From positions 358,174,001-358,238,000 of the forward strand of contig OZ024743.1 of assembly GCA_964016885.1 (NCBI GenBank): 64,000 nucleotides of DNA, in the 5' to 3' direction. This document shows positions 56,322-64,000 of this stretch, piece by piece. Source of the DNA: Eledone cirrhosa (Eukaryota). Both the position numbers and the translations under genes were made by a program. The notes beneath the pieces are model-generated. The model made no database searches, was not told where the DNA came from, and worked only from the letters and a program-made list of their open reading frames with translations. Positions within the stretch are counted from its first letter, which is position 1, and the number at the start of each line of letters is the position of its first letter.

Positions 56322-56830
56322 GTCAGGTCACTCTTCAACACTACTGGTAACATGTAACCCTATAAAACCTGTGCATGGTCGGGTCGTCGGCGACTAAACC
56401 GGTAACCCCACCAAGTTTGATTGGTGAGGAGAGTGATTTTGGACACACTGCGGGATGGATGAAAAACAAAACCCACCAAAGGGTGGAGGAACTCAAGAGA
56501 GTCAATGGCCATCCAATAAAGTTTTTTGTTTTTTTTTAGCGAGAGACACCTAGTCTTCATAAAGACAACGCTCTAGGAAAGGTCACTCTGATATAAAACC
56601 TGCGACTTCGTTTGCATCCAATGATGTAGACCAGTTCTTCTTTTTGGGCAAATGCATTCGATGTTCAGAGAGTGGGATTGATCCCATGCAAAGCTTTTTC
56701 TCACTTAAAAAAGCTTCAAACACAGGCAGCGCTTGATATGTGACATTTTTTGCGGTGCGTGGTATTGCTGGCAAGTCCCTAGCAGGACTAAAAAGCCACA
56801 TCCGTGATGCTCATGCTTGAGTATCGAGTG
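56322..56830 (+). mobile_element. Non-autonomous RTE-related repeat
   Basis: Collinear with 35476-36008. The 3' part encodes a KSLAGLKSHIRDAHA-like C2H2 remnant, as at 6610-6700. Confidence 0.7.
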
Positions 56831-56872
56831 ATGGCTTTACTCGAAATCTAGTTGCAGTCATCATCATGTATG

Positions 56873-56997
<125 letters not shown>

Positions 56998-58223
56998 GTG
57001 CGTTCGCGTGGGTGTGTGGGTGTCTGTGTGTGTATGCATAATTTACTGCATCAATTGTCCACGGTGCGGTGACCAGAAAGATCTCAAATCAAGGTAGTGC
57101 TTTAAGCATAATGAGATGCAGAGTAGGTTGGGTTAAACGGTGTAGTCCCAACAGAGAGCTCATCCGTTTCGACTTGAGTTTCACCGGATTTTCAGGGGAG
57201 TTAAATCTGCGTAGGTGGTCTTTCTATCGTTTTGTCAATTGGTGTGCAAATAAGAATGTGGCAGATTCCATCAGCAAGTTTTCAGTTTGGTGGTTGTGTA
57301 GATTTAGGTTACTTGTTTCGAACAAGTCACGTTTAGAATTCATTCACGCATGATGTTTGTAGTGGAAAATGGTGGTGAATGGAGCATGTTGTCATGAGGA
57401 TAGTAATGATGACAGTCATCTCTGATACGCACTTGATAGGTTTTCTGCCCAGTCGCATGGCAAGAATGAAAAGCAGTGCGACAAAGACTGAGGCATTCGT
57501 CTTTTCAAGAACCCTATGTTCTGTGTGTTGGCTGCTGTGTCATACATGTAAACTCCGTTTCTCATGAGGCATTAAGAATTCAGAAAGACTAAACCACATC
57601 TAGAAAGAAGCTACTTGACGGATTGGTTTAATGTCACTCACGGACACGATCCAGTTTCTGATCCACGGATGTACTCTGTACTCTCTCTGTCTTCCCTATC
57701 TCTGCTCCTCGAAGCTGGCTAGTCTCGTACCACTTCTATTCAAGCACTCCTGATTTACTCTTCTCGTCTTCCATGCTGTGACTAACGTGGGTAATAAAAG
57801 GAGGAGAAACAATTAAGTCATACTTCAATTCCCTTTCGTTTCGTGTCTCTCTGACAGGAGTTGAATTGCAACAGTTTAAGCGAAACATCAAAGACATCAA
57901 TCGCACTGGGCTCTAAGGCCTGCAAAGTCCTTCGGCACTGTCCTTTCCTCATGATCTAGAAAATATATAAATAAAGGGAAGTATCATTATAAGGATAATC
58001 ATGCTGGTGGCGGTACTTTGTATGACTTATAGATAATGTTCTTACTAAAATACTGTGCTTTGCTTCACATTGGCATTTTGTTGCTGTCGTTGTTGTTGTT
58101 GTCGTCGTCGTAGTTGTTGTTGTTATCAACGATAACGATAACGATGAATAGGATGCTTTGATGCTGATGTTGATGATGATGATGATGACAACGACGAGTG
58201 TGATATTGTTTTTGTTGTTGATT

Positions 58224-58258
<35 letters not shown>

Positions 58259-58649
58259 ACTAAGTAGTCCCGTGTACTACATCATTGTTGGTGGAGTCGC
58301 CGATCCCGTCCAATCTTGTTTGATGGCTGTTATCTCTAAAAGAGAACGCACGGCGTCTTTCTACGCTGTCTTCCCACTTCCATTTCTGTTTGCCCTTACG
58401 TGCCTCCACAGTCAATCCACCTATTTAACAAGACCCTCCTGACAGCTCCCGTTTCTCACACCATCTCCATACAATAACATCCTCCATCTGTTCATCTTGG
58501 TTGTGGGTTGTGTGTTAGAGAGAGAGAAGGAGGGAATAGACATCAAAAGAGTAAGATTAGAAAATGGCTGTATGTAAAAGAAAGCAAGAAAGAAAGGAAG
58601 AAGGAAAGAAAGAAAAAAATAGATACATAGATAGATAGATAGCTAAATA

Positions 58650-60010
58650 TATTTCTTTATTTGCCACAAGGGCGCACAAGAAAAGGGTACAATACAAAGA
58701 TACATGCCGAGGATTTTTCATACAGTCGTGTAAAAATATTATTAAAACAAACAAATTTAACAATCGAAATCCCCAATAGTGGGAAGGCGTTACAAATGGG
58801 TTGTTTAATACCCCGTCGATAGAACAACCCTCAACTTCAGGAGCATGTTGTGCAAGTGCACCTTTCTTCCATTTGCACTCTTCTTCAACCTACAGGTTTA
58901 TATACAGAGAAGGCCCAATCATTCGGGCCATTTTTGCTACATTGACCCACCTTTCAGTAAATTTACTGGGGTGCAGTGCCTCTCTATCCACTCTGATTCT
59001 CCTTCTAAAGTGGTGTCTAAAGAAGGGAATGAGTTGTTGTCCGGAGAGAAAGGCATCTGTCCTCAGTCCTCTCAATTTCGTCCACCATATAACCTATTTC
59101 ACAATAGCCACTATACAGAGGAAAACCGCCTCTCTTTCGTTTTTGAAAGAAGTTGGCGGTTTCATTCTTACTATGGACTCGGCAATCAACAAGATTTGTC
59201 CCATACGCGACAGCAGTTGTTCTGCGTAGTTCCACGGGTCAGTTACGCCCGGGCAGTGAACAATTGCGAGCAAGACGGTTTCAATGTCCTGCTCGCATCT
59301 TGGACACGTCCTCTTGGAAGTAGCCTCAGCGATGTTTGCGCATCATCAGCCACGGCATTCCCAGCCCTCCGTTGGAAGGGTGCTGACAGCAGACGGATCT
59401 CCTCACCAGTGGAACCTGCTTCTTCCAAAGGAACTGGAAGAGCATGCGTTCTATCTTGGTGAGGTGTTCACGGGGACAAGGCACGACGGTCAAGCGGTAG
59501 TAGATGACGGACGCTATGAAAGTGTTCACCCCCTCCGCTCGACCTTTCAAGGATAATTTGCACTCTGCCCAATTCTGGGTGAGCGCAACTACTTTGGCCG
59601 TGACCTCGTTCCAGTTTTTCTCCACCTGGACGTCCAGACCGAACCAGACTCCGAGCAATTTCACAGGTCCCTCGGTCTAGTGTCCGACGACGCTGTCGGA
59701 AGGCATCGGTTTGACTCTCCACGTTCCGAGTTGCAAACCGACAGACTTGTCCAGGTTCAGCTTTGCACCTGTGAGCCTTTCGTATTCCTGCAGTAAGTTG
59801 CCGATCGCCCCGATTTCCGAGGTTTTCGACACCATTACTGTCACGTTGTCGGCTTAAGCCGACGCCGCTTTCCGCAGTCCCGGTTCCAATGGGATGCCTT
59901 GCAGAAGCTCCAACTTCCGCAGTAGTGGCTCCAGAGTCAGTACATACAGAATGGAGGAGAGAGAGAATCCCTGTCGAAAAGAACACGTGATTGTGAACGG
60001 CTCCGTAGTC
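58650..60010 (-). mobile_element. Tx1/L1-clade LINE 3' portion with stops and an internal deletion
   Basis: [57 protein letters not shown] and the knuckle remnant PRCEQDIETVLLAIVHCP. AATAAA then a (TATC)n tail. Confidence 0.85.
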
Positions 60011-61760
60011 TATCCTTCCCATGGCAAGACCAGTGTGTCTCCTCTTGCAATTCCTCATTACCATCTTATCAATAAGTAACTGGTCCTTTGTACCACGGGA
60101 CTTCTTTCGGCATCCTTTCTGTTCGTCCGGTAACAAGTTGTTTGTGTGGAGGTGATGGTAGATTTCCTCAGACATAATGCTTGTCAACAGTTTCCACATT
60201 ACGGACAGACATGTGATAGGTCTATAGTTGGTAACATCATTACCCTTGATTCGGTCTTTCATTACCAGAACTGTTGTACCTTTGGTACCTCACCTGACAT
60301 CAAGCAGTCATTGAACATGGTTGTCAGTTTCGGGTGGAAGAATGTTATATTTTTAATCTAATACCCCTGCACACCATCTGGGCCTGGTGATTTCAAGTTG
60401 GTTAGTTATCTGGCCTGCCACTTAAGAGGTTCAACTGTGATACTCAAATCAGTTTGTTGGTGTGCCTGTTCACTAATCTCCTTTTGTACTGCCTGATCAT
60501 TGTGTTCAACATCCTGCTCCCATATTCCTCTCCAGAATGTCTTAGTTTGTTCCGCCTCAGGGATCAAGTCGTTGCCTCTTTCTTTCCCTTCAAGCTGTCC
60601 AAACAACATCTTCTGGTTGTTGTCAAACATGCGGTTCTGTCTATACTGACTGACTCTGCTTTCGTATCGCCTAATCTTTGCGCTCTTTGCTACAATGCGT
60701 TGCTTCAGTTCCTCTATGATAATATTTTGCTTTTTCCTCCTAGTTTTGTACTTTATTTCCAGTCTATTTTTAGTCTCTATGTTTTGTAGTGTCCCATTCA
60801 GTAGGGACTCAAGCTTTCCAATGTCATTTCTCATTTCCCTGATTTGACCATTCAGTCGTTTCTTCCACCAAGATTCTGATCTTTCTTGTCTGTTGTTTTC
60901 TCTCGCTTTTATACCAAGTAGTTTCCTCGCCGTATTTGCTGTTGCTTTGAGGATATTGTTGCACTGGTGAAGGTTCCTCGCCTCAAGGTATGGGATGACT
61001 TTGTTTACCTTAGCTGTTGTTTCTTTTAACTTTTTCCTGTCTACAAATCTTAGGTTCATAGGTTTCCCACTATCATTGTTCATTTCATCTACCACTAAGT
61101 TTAGGATATCAACCAAATCTTGTCCTAGCCCGTCAGCATTCATTTCCTCAATGGCCGTATCTTTGTTCAGGTATTATTTATTTCAGCATTCAGATGATTG
61201 TCTGCCTCGGATGCTTCCTCCGTTCTCTCAACCTCTTCACCTTCATCTCCCACTGGCTCGTTTGTCTGGCATACTCGACTCTCCATTTCCAATCTAATCT
61301 CTCTGCTGAGTTCCTCCAGTTCTTATTACCCGAGCCTGCCCGGCCAATTTTTGTTCATCTAATTTAAATAGACCCATCTCGTTCCAGATGCTATGCATCC
61401 GTTTCCAATAGCCTTTTTCCTTGGGGTTACTTTTCAGGTAACATTGCATAACAGTTCTATTCAATTCTTTCGTCCAGTTGGTTCTGGTCCCTTTCCTTCT
61501 TCTTCTTCCTCCAACACCAGCAGTATTTGTATGACAGCCAGGTCCCTGCTGCTGGGCCAGGGAGCACCTGCTAGGTGAGAGTCTGTCACATGACATTCCA
61601 GTCTCCACTTCACCGTTATTCGAACTGTTTAGGTTCGACATTTAAACACTCATATCGAGGATTGGTGAATGTTTTGGTTACATAACCACCGGTGATTTCA
61701 TCACCCCCAGTGATTTGATCACCCCCCGGTGATTTTAGCATGGCACTATCACTCTCTAGA
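60011..61760 (-). mobile_element. R4/Dong-clade LINE 5' portion (frameshifted), truncated within RT
   Basis: [82 protein letters not shown]. Confidence 0.88.
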
Positions 61761-62519
61761 CGAACATAAACAAACAAACAAACAAATAGGTAAAAACCTA
61801 AAAAAAATAAGCATAAGTTTCATTGTAATGTAATGTTTGAATGTCTGACTTAGTTTTTTTGTTTGTTTGTTTGTTTGTTTGTTTGTTTGTTTGTCTGTTT
61901 GTTTTTCTTTTCTTTTTTCTTTTCTTTACGTTTTTCGTTGCTGCTGTGCTGTTTTGATTTTGATTTTTGATTTTTTGATTTTTTGACCGGGTCATCAAAT
62001 CAGTCTATTTATATCTTTTGATGACTTCCTCACTTAGTGGGACTACTACGATACCTCTGTCTTAGCAGGAGGTAGTGGGAGAGAATAGCAGCGGTAGCGA
62101 TAATGAGGCAGTGGTGGTGGTGGTGGTGATGTGATCGTAGTACTGTAGTGATGGTGTTGAAGTTGAAGTAGAAATAGAAGTTGGAGTAACTTGGCTAAAT
62201 TTTTTTGGTGTGGTAGTCGTGATGATGGCGGTGGTGGTGTTGGTGGTGAACTTATTTGCCTGTCTGTCCACGTAGCCATTTTCCTCTTCTTTGACTATAA
62301 CATTTCTGATCCAAAATTAAATATTAAATATTGGAGCGTATATTAAATAATGTTAAATAATGTGATGCGTTGTCGCTTGCTGAGTGTCAAAACTGTAATC
62401 TTATGTTTCATTTGTAATAAGAATTATTCTATCACAGTTGTTTTAAATATGTAAAAATCAAAAACTTACGGGAGCGATTCCATAACGATATATCCACCAT
62501 GTGCGTTTTTCTTTTTCTT

Positions 62520-63392
62520 CTTCTTATTATTATTATTATTGTTATTATTATTATTATTATTTCTGAGAGGGCCGTGGAGGCAGTCCTCAAACACTCCTTC
62601 CAACGAATCCTGTTAAAAACAACTATCTCCACTTGATCTGGCTAGATCCCAAATCAAGACCATCCGGGCTCATGGATGATATCCAACCATCTTGCTCGGG
62701 GTCTACCCCTGGGTCTCCTGCATGTTGGTTTTGCCCGTAAAATCTATTCAGCGATTCTTTTCTGAGACATTCTAACCACATGTCCATAGTATCGGAGCTG
62801 TTATTTCTCAATTCGGAGAAGTAGCGGCTCTACCTGGGGTGACTCTCTGATCTCCGATCTTCGCACACTATCGAGTAACGCTACTCCAAAGACCCTTCGG
62901 AAGAACCCCATTTCGGCTGCTTGTAGTCGCTATCGTATTCTTTCGCTCATTACCCAAGATTCATGGCCATAGGTAAGGATTAAGACGAAAACCGGGTTGA
63001 AGACAGCGAGTTTGGCTTATACGCCTACGCCCCTTCTTCCGATTACTGAATGCTGAAGCTGGCGCATTACTGTACCAGCTCCTGCAATTCTTGCACTTAA
63101 TTCAGCCTCCTGCCTTCCATCAATCTTGAACACGGCCCCGAGATACTTAACTTCTCCACCTGTTTCAGTGGAACTCAATTCCCATGTAGAGTGCACTGCG
63201 CGGACTTCCTTGAGAGGACAAGTGACTCAGTCTTTGTAGCACTGGTTTTTATTCCAACCATGTAGCACTCGGCATCAAACCTATCAAGTCCATGTCGAAG
63301 ATCCCCTTCTGACGATTTAAATAACACCATATCGTCTGCAAATTCCAACCGACTGATCCTACAGCCACCAGTCGTGATACCACTTCCAGCCA
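62520..63392 (-). mobile_element. RTE-clade LINE 3' fragment with (TAA)n tail
   Basis: RISRLEFADDMVL..KTESLV..KYLG and GDPGVDPEQDGW-region frames. The tail lies at ~62524-62560. Confidence 0.88.
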
Positions 63393-63600
63393 ATCAATTT
63401 CAGAAGTGATATTTTGGCTAAGGTGAATAGAACATGTTTCAGTTTGAAGTGTTCTCTTCTTTATCATGTTACAGTCCTTACAGATGTCATTGTTACAGTC
63501 GATCAATTAATTAAACTGTAACTAAAATATGTATATATATGAACAAGAAGCGGTCATAGGTGGAATACCGTTGATAATATATTAGTTCAACCATGGTTAA

Positions 63601-63708
63601 ACAATAATAATGAGTTCTTCAACTACTACATCTCTTTAGACTCTTTGAAATTTACTTCTATTCCATCCCCATTCTTTTTCATTTGTCATTGGCTATATCT
63701 CTCTCTTC

Positions 63709-63739
<31 letters not shown>

Positions 63740-64000
63740 ACACACACACACATACATAAGCACATAAATACACATATACATACACATTAAACATCCAAAA
63801 TAATATTACATATTATACATCTGTATCTGTATCTGTATATATTTATTTTCTGGACGTAAATCTTTCATAAAATTATCCCCATTTAAACTAGTGTTAAATG
63901 CAAATGGGTTATAAACTTTTATCAAAATACAATAATAATGAGTTCTTCCACTACTACCTCTCTTTAGACTCTTTCTAATTTACTTTTATTCCATTCTTCC
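63601..64000. repeat. Direct repeat, period ~328 bp, running off the window end
   Basis: ACAATAATAATGAGTTCTTC.ACTACTAC.TCTCTTTAGACTCTTT at 63601 and 63929. Confidence 0.7.

Noticed and set aside
57824-57955. Possible 132-nt minus-strand exon (AG...GTATGA, open frame IMRKGQCRRTLQ...)
   Set aside because: No recognisable protein, and the neighbouring candidate exon has stops in all frames; not supportable without RNA data.

Overview
This is AT-rich, microsatellite-saturated eukaryotic DNA. The SINE and repeat content looks like an octopod cephalopod (inference). I found no host protein-coding gene I can support, and most of the ORF track is translation of (TA)n/(CA)n repeats. The window is dominated by retroelements. 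There is a 5'-truncated, frameshifted Penelope-like element (PLE; RT plus C-terminal GIY-YIG) at 4.9-7.5 kb inside a roughly 2.9 kb inverted duplication. There are also R4/Dong-, Tx1/L1- and RTE-type LINE remnants, many tRNA-derived SINEs, three Helitron-like elements and a MITE. The most striking signal is a population of about 26 minimal type I hammerhead ribozyme (HHR) motifs with recognisable cores, plus degenerate ones, from roughly ten unrelated short non-coding families. Two families form near-identical retrozyme-like tandem arrays (317-bp and 591-bp monomers), each with a compensatory U3-A8 catalytic core. Most paired insertions share one architecture: two copies head-to-head, with 3' ends pointing outward into (TA)n. 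Two paralogous loci are perfect ~340-bp palindromes folded at the same centre. All structures were read by eye; none was computed or tested.
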